A stretch of DNA of 64,000 bases from Lama glama (taxonomy: Eukaryota), in assembly GCA_028534125.1 (NCBI GenBank), contig CM052817.1:109060001-109124000 (forward strand). Direction: 5' to 3'. Every line of letters begins with the position of its first letter. Positions within the stretch are counted from its first letter, which is position 1. Both the position numbers and the translations under genes were made by a program. The notes beneath the pieces are model-generated. The model searched no databases. It saw nothing but the letters and a program-made list of their open reading frames with translations, and was not told the origin of the DNA. Positions 25,451 through 38,119 of the stretch are shown piece by piece.

Positions 25451-26717
25451 TAATAAAAGCACTTATATGTCACACTCACTGAAACTTGCTGTCTTCCGTG
25501 TTTAAGGGGTTATTTTCGCTTCAAAAGAATTACTGCTCGAAAGAGAGGTACATTTTCTCCCCTTATTTTTTGAGCATCAAAAACGCAGCTCTTTATTCGA
25601 GGATTTGAATGTGAGTAACATACTTAGGTAAATGTTACAGGGCTGATGTTGAATACAAACACATACAGCAAGACTCTTACACCCTAATACGACCTAGTCA
25701 TTCTGATTTTAGCTTAAGTAAATTCCTCACCAGGGGTCTGCCTCGGAGTGGTGTATTTCGTAGGCATTCGCTTTAAAATCTCTCAGCTCGTCCACTCATT
25801 GTTCCTCGACTGTTAACAGCCCAGCGGAGACTTCAGATTGTCTCAGAATTCCCAAAGACCAGGCCAAAGTCATAGTATCCCTGGCCTGAAATGCTCACCC
25901 AAGAAATGATGGAATTTGAGAGCAAGGATTAACTTTAGATAATCGTCGGGTCCTGCTCCTTTTCACTGATTAGGAAACTGGATCCTAAAGGGTTCAATGA
26001 CTTGTCAGGACGCGAGTTTGGGTTTTTGGCTGGTACTGGATTCCAGTTCCCGACTGTACAGTGATTTTTTTGTTTTGTTAATTTATCCTATACTATTTCC
26101 TCTCTTCAATAGAGTAGAAGTCACAAGAACGAATCACTCAAGTGCATTTTTTATTAATGCAAAACAAGGGGGTTTCCAGTTTTCTCCTTGTGAATAAGCA
26201 GTGCTTTCTCACGTGTATTTGACAGCTTTCAGCAAGAGCTAGATGCAACTTCATTTGTCTATAATAGTTCTGCACAGAATTACAGCTTCTGTTACCAATT
26301 ATCTGTTTTAACCAATGTACACAGCTCCTCCAGAATTAGCAGGACAAATCTGGGTGACATTTCTGAACAGGATATGTGTGAACAGATTTTGCAGTATGCA
26401 AATGTTTAATGTCTATCAGGTTAGAAACAACTATTTTCCTGACAGTTCTTCGAACATAGGGGAGAGTGGAGGGATAAACTCCAGACTGCACACAGGAAGG
26501 ACAGAAGGGTCTTCAGCTGACAGCCAGGGTGCTGAGCTGCAACTCCAGGGGAGACCCTGTTCCCCGTTCCCCGCTCCCCCCACCCCATAGAGAGTAAGCA
26601 GCGTTCTCTGCTGCCCTCTAGAGGCTCCCAGAGCCACTCGTCGGAGGCTGCAAAGAGACCTCTACTTAAAGGGAAGCAGGTAAGGGATTATTTTTCCCCT
26701 TTAAGAATTCTGCACCC

Positions 26718-27445
26718 ATGTATTATGTAGAGTGTTCCCCCCACCACCACAAAGCAATTCTCAGGACCCCACCTGGGTGTCCTCCAGTTCAGCTCCATTC
26801 TGACACCATCTATGCAAAGCTAGCTCCTGATTCCTCGGGGTGGGGCTCAGTCCTACAAGGCTGTCCGAGCTCAGTGGCAAGGCCAGGTTGTCACCTGTGC
26901 TTCTGACCAGCTGGCAATAGAGCTAAGGTTCCCCCAACTCCCTGTTTGGGGCCAATTAAATTGCTAGAGCGGATCATCAATGCAAAGAGCCCTTTGGCTT
27001 ACTAGATGATCAGCTTGTCATAAAAGGAAAGCCAAGGGAGGAAGCTCGTGGCCCCGCCCCCTGGGCACACCTCTGTCCCTGCATCTCCACGTGTTCCCCA
27101 CCCCGAAAGCTCTCCCAACCTTCCAGGGTTTATGGAAGCCTCACTACAGAAGCCCGTTTGATTAAATCATTGGCTATTGGCAACAATTTGACCTCCAGAC
27201 CCTCTTCCCTCCCAGAGATCAGAGGTGAGAGTGGGACTGAAAGTTCCAACCCTCTAATCTCAAGGTGGGTTCTCCTGGGAACCCGCATCCCCAGGTACAG
27301 CCCCCGAACCACCTCATCAACGCAAAAGACACTGTCATTTTCATCACTGAGGAAATTCCTAGGGTTTTAGGAGCCCTGAGCTGGAACTGAAGATGCAGAC
27401 TAAGACCAAATCTATGTATTTCTCATTCTAAATCGCAGCATCACA
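26718..27445 (-). mobile_element. MER21-like LTR
   Basis: ctgggtgtcctccagttcagctccattctgacaccatcta...ggctcagtcctacaag...ttaaatcattggctattgg...gaccaaatctatgtatttc...atcaca resembles MER21 in reverse orientation. Confidence 0.7.
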
Positions 27446-28329
27446 CCTTTCAGTGGCCAACAGAACATGTCATCTGGTTAAACAATCACAGATTCTAATC
27501 AGATGAAATAAGAAATTGGTTCCGAAATACATCTGTGTTCATGTATAAATTGCTATTCTACTGTGAAATCTAAAAAAACATGTACATCTATCAATTCAAC
27601 CTGATAAACTCCTACCTGTGAGATAAAACCCGTATTTTATGGCAAGACACGAAAAATTTAACCATGAAAAGCTTTCTCTGCCCTTTGGGCTCCTCTCCTG
27701 GCAGTGAGCACCATGTATCCACATTAGGCACCACTGAACCTGCCCCATTGGCAGAAATGTTGCCAGAGAGTAGATTCTTGTCGGAATGAACTCAAAAGTC
27801 AGGCACAGGAAAGGGAAAGCAAGTTTATTTAGAGCGATGCACACTCCCCAGACACAGAGTGCAGGCTTCTAGACTGCTTCCCCTCCATTAATTCACCTTT
27901 AAACTAACCCATCATAAAATCCAGGGGTCCCCCTGCTGCCTCCTTCCCATCCCACCTGGTCCTCATTCTCTACATCTTTTTTCTGTGTCTGGAGAATGTT
28001 TTATCATCATACCAGACACTTTAGTTATCTCTATACAGGTCTTCCACTCCTAAAAGACTAGGCACTTTTCAGGAGCTGGCGTCACTTTACGTTTATCCGC
28101 GTGTCCACCACTCCAGGTCCAGTCTCCTCCTGTCACTTTGTTGGTACCAAAGAAAAACGCTTCAGAAGATGCCGGGTGAAGAGGCGGCGTTCAACTATAT
28201 CAACAGCAGCGGGGAAGCAACATTAAAGTTGACACTTGCTAAAATTATAAAATGGACTTACAAAAATGGCACTGATCAAATGCTCAATGAGAACTTGAAT
28301 ATCATTTGTATTGAATTAAAAACCATCCA

Positions 28330-29456
28330 GAGACAAGTGGAAAAAATAATTTATTGCAGGTTCTCTTACACATGAACACGGAACATGTACACACATGTCA
28401 GTGTGCTGATGGGAGATACTCAAATTCAAGACAGACATCTTTGCACAAAAGTAGCTGTACTTGATTTCAGAAGGATGGCTATGAATAAATTATCAGAGAG
28501 AGAAAGGACAATGGGCCAATGATTCCAACAGGAATGCATTCTAGGTCAAAATTAAAGTCACTTTTCTGAACCTGATGCCCTGGATATAATCACATTCATA
28601 ATCTATAAGCGAAGGGAAAAGAGCTCATTTCTGGAAATAAAAGGCCAGGGAAACCCAGCATTCTTCCCAGAGCTATCCCTGGCTGTGGTTGGAGCCCTAA
28701 AGCGTATCCCAAACTGCCGTAACAGCTCATTGTGAAATAGCGCCGCTCCCTGTAACAGCTGTGTGTGGTTTACTGAGAGTCATAATACAAGGGACACGAT
28801 GCAAATGACAGCATTCTAGAGCGATGATAATCACCACGTGATCTGAGTGAGTAACCAAACAGCTTAGTCCCAGAGAAGTGTGCTGTCTCTGTCTGAAGCA
28901 AAGTCTGCACAATTCAAAACAGTCCCCATGTTCTCAGCACAGTTACATTCATTCTTACTTGAGAAGTCTGAAAATAAACCACTTTTTTCCCTAAAATTGT
29001 GAATTCATTCTTTTAGAAAATGATTTCTCTAATGATACACACTGACATGACAAAACTTTTTCATATGTTATTGTCATTAAAATTTACATATACATATCTA
29101 GAGACAGCACTCAACAGATTTGGAAAAACCACGGTGTAACTACTCATGGCCAAATATTGTTCAGTTTCACGTCATTAAATTCATCGATTATCTATTGGGT
29201 GCCTACAACTTGCAAATCACCACGGCAGGTGATACCTGTAGTGAAGCTCACATCGTCCACATCTAAAGGCGTAATATACTAAACCTTGAAAATGCTCAAA
29301 AGCAGAGCTAAAATTGAATAATGAACAGTGAAAGATACATCCAGGGGAAAGGCTTGGGAAAACTGAGAAGGACAGAGGGGATGGCTGTCCCTAGGACTGG
29401 CGTGTGTCGTTTGGGGATAACCCCACCTCCGTCCTCTTCGCCCCATGGTCCAAGAT
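28330..29456 (-). other. GUCY1B1: GUCY1B1 3' UTR (distal end approximate)
   Basis: Lies between the TGA and the putative poly(A) site. No interspersed repeat recognised within it. Confidence 0.6.
28350..28355 (-). terminator. Probable GUCY1B1 polyadenylation signal AATAAA
   Basis: tttatt on the plus strand, about 1.1 kb past the stop codon, followed on the sense strand by U/GU-rich sequence (ttattttttccacttgtctctggatggtttt). Confidence 0.6.
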
Positions 29457-29480
29457 TCAGTCGTCATCCTGCTCTGTCTC
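29457..29480 (-). CDS. GUCY1B1: GUCY1B1 terminal coding exon 14 (ETEQDDD*)
   Basis: ttttaaag|GAG ACA GAG CAG GAT GAC GAC TGA. Matches the sGC beta-1 C-terminus (human ETKQDDD). Confidence 0.93.
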   Translation of the reverse strand, partial: ETEQDDD

Positions 29481-30453
29481 CTTTAAAAAGTGGAAGAAAC
29501 ACGCGATTAATTTCTAGTGATGATAAAGCTCCTCGAACTCCCCAAAAATATTTCCTTTCTAAACAAGTGTGATCTGCATTCCTATCTAAGGTTCTTCTAG
29601 GTCATTCCCACCCTGACACTGGAGGAAACAGGCACCAAGTGAAAGAGCGGCACTTGAGATGGGGTTTAACCTAGAAGGACACCAGTAAGCACGCCAGGAC
29701 TGCTATTTAAAGGGAAAACAGCGAAAAGAAGATAAAGTAAATATTTTAAAACTTGGCATTCCATTCCTTTTAGGATTTCTACCCTGAAAGCATTCTGAGG
29801 GAATGCATATATCCAGGAAAAGAGAGAAAATCAAGCAGCCCCACTGCCTCTACGGAACCAATACATCAACCTGGGGACAAAGTATAAAACTTGTTTCTGA
29901 CCCAACCCAGGGTGATGGGAACCAGGCAGGGCAGGACCTCAGGGTCCGGAGCCACCCACTGTGGTCCCAGGACTTCAGGTGGAGCCCCAGTGTTCCCAGC
30001 CTCTCGAGCGCATGTGTTCTGGCCGGGGTCAGCTCTAGCACGAACCGAGAGCTTCCCTACGGAAATCACGTGGACTCTGAAACAGTACACATCACTTGTC
30101 TCTCGAGGAAAAACACACGAGGGACTAGCATGTCCAAGACCCCCAAACATTCCACCGGGGGACAACTTGGCCCCTGGAAGGATCTGAGTCTTCAGAACAG
30201 AAAACAGGTCTTCTCCATCTAGTGCTCTGGGTTCTAATTCATTAGCAGACAAAAGCGGGCACCCACCAAGAATCCCCTGGGAACTCTGCATTGTTCTCAC
30301 CAGCTCATTAATGAATCAGTGCTTCTGCTTCACTTAAGGGTTCGTGGAAGCAAGAACTCTTTTCAAAGGCAACATATTTTCAGTGATTAAGATTTAGCGA
30401 CCCATATTTATACTCTGCCCTCAAAGAAGGAATTACCCTCTGATTAGTCATAC

Positions 30454-30580
30454 CTTTGGTCCTGTGTTTTTTCTCGAAAGAAACCAAACTTGCATTGGCT
30501 CCTTTTTGCCCTTCATGGACACTGGGCCTCTGTGCTCCAAGTGGAACTGTGGGTCTGAATTCTCTGGTGTCATAAGACAT
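30454..30580 (-). CDS. GUCY1B1: GUCY1B1 exon 13 (127 nt)
   Basis: Translates (R)[42 protein letters not shown]. tttcag acceptor, gtatga donor. Confidence 0.97.
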
Positions 30581-30914
30581 CTGAAAGACAGGGGACAGGG
30601 GCAGGGAGAGGTGGGTGGAGTGTGGCTTATGGGGAAGTGACATCTACCGAAGTTATAAACTGAGACGGTCAGGACACCCACTGAAGTTATCTGAAGGGAC
30701 CTCAAGTTTTGAGTAACAATGATCATATCAGAGATTCCTAAGACAATGTAGAACCATTTAAAATGGAAGTAATGGCACAATCTTCTCAAATAAGAAATGT
30801 CATCCTAGGAGCAGAGGTGATCATTGTTAGAGGAAATAAAACCCCTCAGGGGGTCAAACCATGGGCAACAGGGCATTTTTCAAGTCAGTAAATCCGAGGA
30901 TGTGTTTCTCTTAC

Positions 30915-31069
30915 CTGTATGTATATTCAGACACATTTATTTTTCCTTTTTCTCCAGTGGTTTCTGTTCTGCTCGTGAGGTTGACAGTATTTCCGAAAAG
31001 ACAGTACCGTGGCATCCTCTGCCCGATGACGCCGGTGACCACCTCCCCCGTGTGAATCCCGATTGTTAT
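30915..31069 (-). CDS. GUCY1B1: GUCY1B1 exon 12 (155 nt), cyclase catalytic domain
   Basis: Translates [51 protein letters not shown](R). cgacag acceptor, gtaaga donor. Confidence 0.97.
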
Positions 31070-31554
31070 CTGTCGAGACCAAAGCTTTGCTTCAGTGACG
31101 CCAGCGACACAAATTCTTTGCTTACTTTATATTATGGAACAATGTCATCATATGAAAATTGCAAGAATTCCACGTATATTACAGACAGAATCAAAGACCC
31201 TCACGAAATCTGTCTTTCAAGACTTTCTGTAAAGTTTGAAGCTTTCAAAGATAAGAATCTGGTAACTTAATATGAGATACAGAGAAGAAATTAAAAAAAA
31301 AAAACCAGAAGCTATAGGAAGTTTTATCTCATCCTCATGACTTTCAGCACATGAAATAAACTACATAATTTCAAATAGGCGGAAAGATTTTCCATTTCTA
31401 TGGAAGAACACAATACAGTGGGTTCAATAAAACATCAGTCTTCATTGGCAAGATGCTCTTCCTTGTACATCATTAACGATTATCTGATCAAGGATATAAA
31501 TCAGTTGTCTAACAAGGTCTACCACCACCGTTATCATGTCTATTTCGTACTAAC

Positions 31555-31695
31555 CTGAACAGATTCACCATCTACTTGAACCTGGCCAGCGATTTCCATC
31601 ATGTCCAAAGCCAGGTGGCAGATGGACCTAGCGTGGTGTATGCAGGGCTCTGGTAAACCACTCACCGTCATGTACTTGTCACCAACGGTCTCCAC
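31555..31695 (-). CDS. GUCY1B1: GUCY1B1 exon 11 (141 nt)
   Basis: Translates [47 protein letters not shown]. tcttag acceptor, gttagt donor. Confidence 0.97.
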
Positions 31696-32709
31696 CTAAG
31701 AGCACAGACACTTACACATGCATCAGTTAGTTATCAACAGGACGGCTTCATTTGCTATCCTGATACACAGAGCATCTTTCCAATGCTATCCATAACTTTA
31801 TAAACTCCCCTCCCGTGAATCTGATAATTCAGCTCCAACAGGAAGCAACCTCGTCCTTATTTGAAATTTCACACCTGGCACTCGAGATCCTTGATTACAG
31901 GCAGGTGCAGACACAGCATTACTTCTCCTCCAGGAAGCCCTGGTTTCTCACCTCAGATACCCTTCCAATCCAGTAGAACAATTTATGACCCTATTTCCCC
32001 TTAAAACAGGGATGGTTTGAAGGGTCCAAGAGCCACTGCCTGAAGTTCAGTGATTTATCCTGGTCATTAGCCGTTTATTTATATGATGTGCTCACCAAAT
32101 GTGACACTGGAGCTCAGAAGAGGTCTATGAAATAAATACGCCCCGTGGCGCTCACATGCTTCCAGATGCCCAGGGGTGTTGCAGCGTGCCCTCTTGCCTT
32201 TATGAGGCTATATTCCACTGACTTCATTTTTCCAAGATTATATTTGTTTCTAATTGAAACAAAGGGCAGAGAGGCCTTAGAACTGTTTGTCTTCAAGCTG
32301 ATGCTACATGAAAGCAGGTCTGAGTCCCCGGGACCTTCCTCAGGCTCCCCAACTTCTTTACCGTCCAAATCATTTATAGATTTCAGTAAAAACGTCTTTC
32401 GCAGAGCACCGAAGCCAGTGCTATGTTTATGTTACGTGGGATAAACCACCTGCACGGATTTACTCGTGTCATTGCACGTAAGCTGCTGAACATTTTATTT
32501 TAACCAGGGAAGCGTCTGCGCCATCCGTCTTGGTTACGAGGAAGGGAGTGTTTTAGAACAAGAGGTAATTATTTAAGAAAATGGTAAATAGCCATGGCCT
32601 GCGAGATGACTGCAGCGAGACTGCGGGGCTCCGGGCAGCGCCTGGGAGCCGGGCCTGAAAACCCAGAGTCCAGAAGGGCGCGCGGAGGGCGGGCGGGGAC
32701 CCCACTTGC

Positions 32710-32947
32710 CTTGTAAACGAAGGGGTTTTTCCGGGAATCCGTCAGGGTGTCGAAGCGGGTGTAGAGGTCGTTGAGAAGGTTGACGATCTTCATGGCGCCT
32801 TCCCCGGACGCGTGCTTGCTGCAGAAGGCGTTGAAGCCCACGATGCCGCTGAAGAGGATGGTCACGTTGTCGTACCTCTTGGCAGGCACGGGGCGCTTGT
32901 GTCGCAGCTCGTTGGCCACGGACGGAGGCAGGACGGAGTACAGCAGC
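32710..32947 (-). CDS. GUCY1B1: GUCY1B1 exon 10 (238 nt), ends in a GC donor
   Basis: Translates (T)[79 protein letters not shown]. cgacag acceptor, AAG|gcaagt donor. Confidence 0.97.
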
Positions 32948-33587
32948 CTGTCGGGGGCAGGACAGGCCGTGAGGGGGCCGAGGGCCGGCCACGCCCTGCG
33001 CCCCGAGGACGCCCGAGCAGCCACATGTGTGAGTCGGGGACAGAAAATGTGAAAAAGAATACTCGGTTTGAATCACAGGAAACGGCCCCAAATCCCAACG
33101 CATTCAAGCCGAATCAGAGGAAGCCAACAAGCCGCGAGACGAGATAAAGGACGGACAGCAGAAGTCAAAGCTGCGTCTGCGGTCCCGGACTTGGGCCCTC
33201 CCACCGCGACGCGCGCGGGCGGGAGCGTCTCTGTCCGCACAGCCCCACGTGGGCTGCGTGAACCACCGGCCGGAGCGCGCGGCCTCTCTGGGGCCAGGAT
33301 CCTTCGCGTGTCCTTCATCCGACACTAACAGACGCAGGTCCCCTCCCCACCCCCTGGGTCCCTCGTGCCTCAACCCCAGGCAGGACACGGAGAAGGCAGG
33401 TGCAGACGGCCTAGACCAGACAGCCGTTTCCACTGACAACCCGGGACCAGGCCGACGGCACCAGGGCTGTGCCGAGGGGACCAGAGAGGCGGCACCGCAG
33501 GGCGAGGGTGGGCGCTGGACAGAAACCACGGGCTTCAGACCAGACGACCCCGGACCAGATGACCCCTAGGGACAAATGACACCCCAG

Positions 33588-33752
33588 GGCCCCTCCCTCC
33601 CTGCACCTCTTCCCTTCTCCGCACCTCTCCCTCCTCGAGCCCCCTCCCTCCCACAACCTCTCCCTCACTGCGCCCCCTCCCCCCAGTCCCCTCCCACCCT
33701 GCGCCCCCTCCCTCCCCGCAGCCCCTCCCTCCCCGCGGCCCCTCCCTCCCTG
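33588..33752. repeat. C-rich (CCCTC-like) low-complexity tract, G-rich on the GUCY1B1 sense strand
   Basis: Repeated ccctccctcc / cccctccc runs. Confidence 0.85.
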
Positions 33753-35274
33753 AGCCCAAGCATCCAGTGCCGGTTTTCAATGTGCCCAACGGAGCTGAAC
33801 GCCTGTGGTTCCTAGCTTCAGTGGCTTGTCTCCAGTCCATTTCTAACTTTCAAACAGAGAACATTTTATGAAAGACTTGGGAGCTGTATTTGAATATTAA
33901 ATGTGGGCAGTAGAACAATTCCGTTTCAACAAAAATGATGAGTCAGTGTTTAGAATTAAATCACCTTGAAGACCAAATACCAACAAAAAATGAAACCGAG
34001 GTGGTTTTTAATATAACAGCCCGAGCAGGTTACTGAGTAACTCAGCCTTCCAAATCCATGTGCCTTTGAGCCTTAGTCCTACACACTACCTGATGAGCTC
34101 CATAATACGTGTTATTCTTCACGGATGGAGCTATACCACGTACTAACATAATACACATTTTGTGTTGTTTTTCACAAGTAGGAGGAATGTGAGTTGCCCG
34201 CCCCCATCCCATATCCTTTTGGAAATTTGCAAAACACGTGGAAAGATGAAGGGGTTCGGTTCAGGTCATGAGAAAAAGTCAAGTGGCCTCAAAGTAACCA
34301 CAGATTCCAGCTGCATTATACAAAGGCAGGGCAAGCCAGGTCAGGTTTCATCCAGGCTCCCGATAACAGCTGACAGGTGTATGTTCCCCCACCCAGGGGC
34401 AGCAACACACGTATCTAAGTAAGAACAGCGCAGCAAACGAAGCTGGTCCCGAAGTTCTGGTGTTCAAGCTGCGACACAGTTCTTACAGGAAGAGACATCA
34501 GCTCACCTCGCCAACAAGGCGACTTCCTATTACAGAAATGTTAGAAATGAACACACAAGGCCCTGGGTAAGATCCTCCCATCAAAGTCAGAGATTCAGTG
34601 CTTTTAATTAATATACTCAAGGAGGCCAAGGATGTGTACTTGTTTAAATGAGTTACTTGAAAATAAAATGTTGTCTTAAATGTTCCTTGCCCGATATTTC
34701 ACAATTGACTCCTCCATTCAGAGACAAACAACAGCTCTGTATCTTCGTACTTTTGCTCTTTTATCACATTATAAATGGAGTTGTTGTCATCACAGGTGAC
34801 ATTACAGCCTGTCAGATTCACATCTGCCAAACCCTAAAATGGCCTGCAAGTCCAGGAAAATCAATCTTTTATAATATAACGGCCAATCTGAACTAAGCTC
34901 CGCGTTCAGTGGCCCCCCCCTCAGCACTGGCCAGCCCCGGGCACAAAGAGGATGCTCAGGACACCCTGCTCGTGTGAGACGCGAGTGCACAGAGAGCTGG
35001 ACTTGATCTGTGCATCTGAACTGTCCCAGTGGCTTTCAGAGGGATGCTCTGGTGTGTGTTCTTTCCACTTGGTTTGTCACACTAGAAGCCTTGCCCCTTC
35101 ATCACTGAGACTGGCTTATCCCTGTGGACAAAGTCCCTGTTAAGTGATGTGGAAGAGACCCCTGCTGCCCAGACACACAGGGTTAGGAGTCTGACCCTGC
35201 GCTCGCCAGCAGCAGAGCCGGCGGCTACGGGGGTAAGAGCCACGCACTTCCTCCCCGCAAGGGGACATTCTTAC

Positions 35275-35472
35275 GTGTCTGTCTTCTTCTTCTCGTCCTC
35301 CAGGGCCCGCAAGGTGAGCTGCAGCCTGTCTGTGAGGATCTCCAGTTCCTGGGTCAGCTTGTACTCCTCTCGGAACTGCTCCCCCAGCAGCACGAGGTCG
35401 CGCGTGGCGTCGTGCAGGGGGATGTCGCTCAGGTACAGCCCCCTCCGCGTCAGGTCGTCCAGGTTCATCACG
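35275..35472 (-). CDS. GUCY1B1: GUCY1B1 exon 9 (198 nt), PAS end and coiled coil
   Basis: Translates (S)[65 protein letters not shown](T). ggacag acceptor, gtaaga donor. Confidence 0.97.
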
Positions 35473-37985
35473 CTGTCCACGGAGAAGCAGGCAGAGTCAG
35501 TCCCTGGTGTCCCCGGGCAGCACCGACTCCTGCCTGCCATGGAGCCTACCCCTGTCCCCCACCCGTCAAAGGGCGGGGCTGAAAGGGAGCCAGACACTGG
35601 AGGGAAGCAGCAGGAATGCGACTCCCTTCTTTTGAATGTCTAAAGAGAGCAGTGAACTTGACCTGCACCCTGGCCAAGCTGCACTTTCTGATGCCCTCAG
35701 CCGAAACTGAAAGATGCTGTGAGAAACTGACTGTAAGCTGACTACTTCAATCAAAAAGAAAAAAAGAAAACAAAAGATACTGTGAAAAACTGCCCTGTGG
35801 AATCTGCTCAGGTTTTAACACAAGGCTGTCATTTGCTGTTGCCACATTTTCCCCTCATTACAGAGAGATGGAGGAAAAGCCATCTTTACTCTCTTTAATA
35901 GGGACGATAACAAGTTTGTTTTGAGAAACTCGTTTACTGTTGCCTCATGGGTTCTGTGACTCTTTTCTCCTTCAGACAGTGATTAAAACGTTGCGATCTG
36001 TGGCCCGTCTCCCACGGGACGTTACATAGGACTTCCTAACGTGTATTTTTCTGTGTTTCTCATTTCGGACTCTGATGTCTTCTGCTGCTCTCTTTATTTT
36101 TTTTTGACTAATTTTTCTCATTTATTGGAAAGATTATTTGTTCTGGCTGAATTGTATGTGTTTTTGCAACTTATGTCATTTTTAGAACACGGTATTTATT
36201 GATTCAGTGAAGATCTGGCGAGTGAAAAGTTGACTGCTTTCTAAAAATGTATTCTTTGGCTAAAATGGCTTCCGGTTACATGACTGGCTTGAATTTGTTA
36301 AATGCAAAGTCATTACGTCTGGTCATTAGCAATAATCATTTCTCTAAAGCAACATAATGGAGTTGTGACTTTACTTGAGAATTTTGGATTAATAAAATGT
36401 CTCCGTGTGATGCATTCTCAGCAAGAATGTGCATAAATCAAGGCAAAAATTAGCATGCCAATGAAGAAAAATAAAATGAGCCAAGAGTTTATAATTGACA
36501 CACACCCCTCGGGAAAGAGTCCAGATCACCCACCAAATGGTACACAAGACCTGACAGCAGCAGAGGAAAAATGATTATGAGCTTAAAATGAAAATGAATG
36601 GTTAAATATGCTCATATGGAGACAGAAAACTTAATCAAATTATAAGTCTCATTGTTCTCAAAATTTATGTATTATTTATTATTTTAATGAGCTATTAACT
36701 TTTCTCCTATATTTAAACTATCACCTTGGAATTATTTATTTTATAAGTAAAACTGCTTTTAGCTGCTGTCTTATTTAATTTGAGTATAAATTTTCTATAC
36801 ACATGAGCAGGCCCCATGCATGTATCAAGCTGTGAGTGTGTCTCTATGAAATCGATTTCTGCATGTGGTGATTAGCAGACAGACTCCAGATTCCCTGCTT
36901 ATGTTTCTAAAGAAATCTTTTTTCTCCATGAACAGAAAATGTCCCTGTTGAGAAGCTGTCATTCTACTGATGCTCAACTAACAAAGAGGCAGAAGGAAAA
37001 AACACAGCAGATGAAGATGTAGTGAGAGCCACGTAGGTTACTGCTTAAAAACCATAAAGAGTTTGGATCCCCTAATTTTGTCTCTTTTATTTCCATAATA
37101 TATATTCTCAGGGGGGAAAAAAACCCATCATTAGTACTATATTTATAATTTTAAAGAAGGTTGCTTTAAAATTTATTAGACTTTTCAGAAATTTTAAGAC
37201 AGTATCTTCAAATAAAAAGTGATCATTTGGACTTTAAATTTTTAATCACTAGCCCACCAAAACATGCTTTCTCGAGTGTTTACTGAACAATGTGCCTAGA
37301 TTTTGGTTATACAAAGTAATAAATACACAAAATATCACCTAACACCGAGTTTTACAATTATGTATTGCTGCTGTCCTAAAGCAAATTTCGATACAGGTTT
37401 CTAATTCTGAATTCTTACGCATCTTTCAATAAAATGCTTTGTCAAATTGGGAAACTACCAACTTACAGTTTTATTTCCCTCTGGAGTTTATCATAAATAA
37501 TATAATTTAAATAAATTTTAACTTAATAGTGTATTTTGCATAGTGTATCTCTGTTAAAGTAGCTAAATATTTTTAATATAAAAGTTTAAATCCAGAAATA
37601 ATTAGAAAAGCAATCTCTTGGGTGCCAAATACACCCACATATTCACCTATCGTAGGAGATCCTTTATAGAATCACTTGTCTACGTGACATCTCTCTGGGA
37701 GGTACGGAGCCACAGAATTAACTAACTTCAGATCAGGTATCCCCTGATCTAATAGCATAAACACTCAGCATATTGCTAAGACATGGCAGATAAAACAGAA
37801 TTCACGATTTCTTCGGAGTTTATCACAAACGTTAAATGAAAGTATCCTCATTATGGAGAGAAGTTTAACAGAGCTGTAAAATCTAGTTACGCTTTGTGCA
37901 CCCGACTGAATAAAATGTCACCGAATTCCTTTGTCAGCTAACGGTGGGTACTGGCAGCCATTATAATTAATCTAAAAAGGATTAC

Positions 37986-38119
37986 CTTGGTGAACACAGG
38001 AAGAGAATGCTGTCCGCTTCAGGCAGGTAGATCATCTGACCCTTGAGACGTAAGCAGCTGATCTCGGTGCCGGTCAGCTCATCCTCACACTCTAATTTCT
38101 CTACATCCAGCAATCCTTC
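37986..38119 (-). CDS. GUCY1B1: GUCY1B1 exon 8 (134 nt)
   Basis: Translates [44 protein letters not shown](S). ttcaag acceptor, gtaatc donor. Confidence 0.96.

Larger units (their letters stand above)
32590..33760. promoter_or_regulatory. Intragenic CpG-island-like region spanning exon 10 and its flanks
   Basis: About 1.2 kb of very GC-rich, CpG-dense sequence (gcgcggagggcgggcgggg, cgcgacgcgcgcgggcggg) against an AT-rich background. Function not shown. Confidence 0.6.

Noticed and set aside
29475..29485. NAGNAG-type acceptor (aagGAG) at GUCY1B1 exon 14, and cagGAG at ASIC5 exon 5
   Set aside because: A distal GAG is rarely used, and nothing in the sequence indicates alternative usage.
32569..33840. 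Cluster of overlapping 80-176 aa ORFs on both strands
   Set aside because: Expected from stop-codon scarcity in GC-rich DNA. Only the exon 10 frame has recognisable homology.
35149..35643. 164-aa plus-strand ORF (also 30824-31270 and 38043-38414)
   Set aside because: Antisense shadows of GUCY1B1 exons 9, 12 and 8, with no independent evidence of coding.
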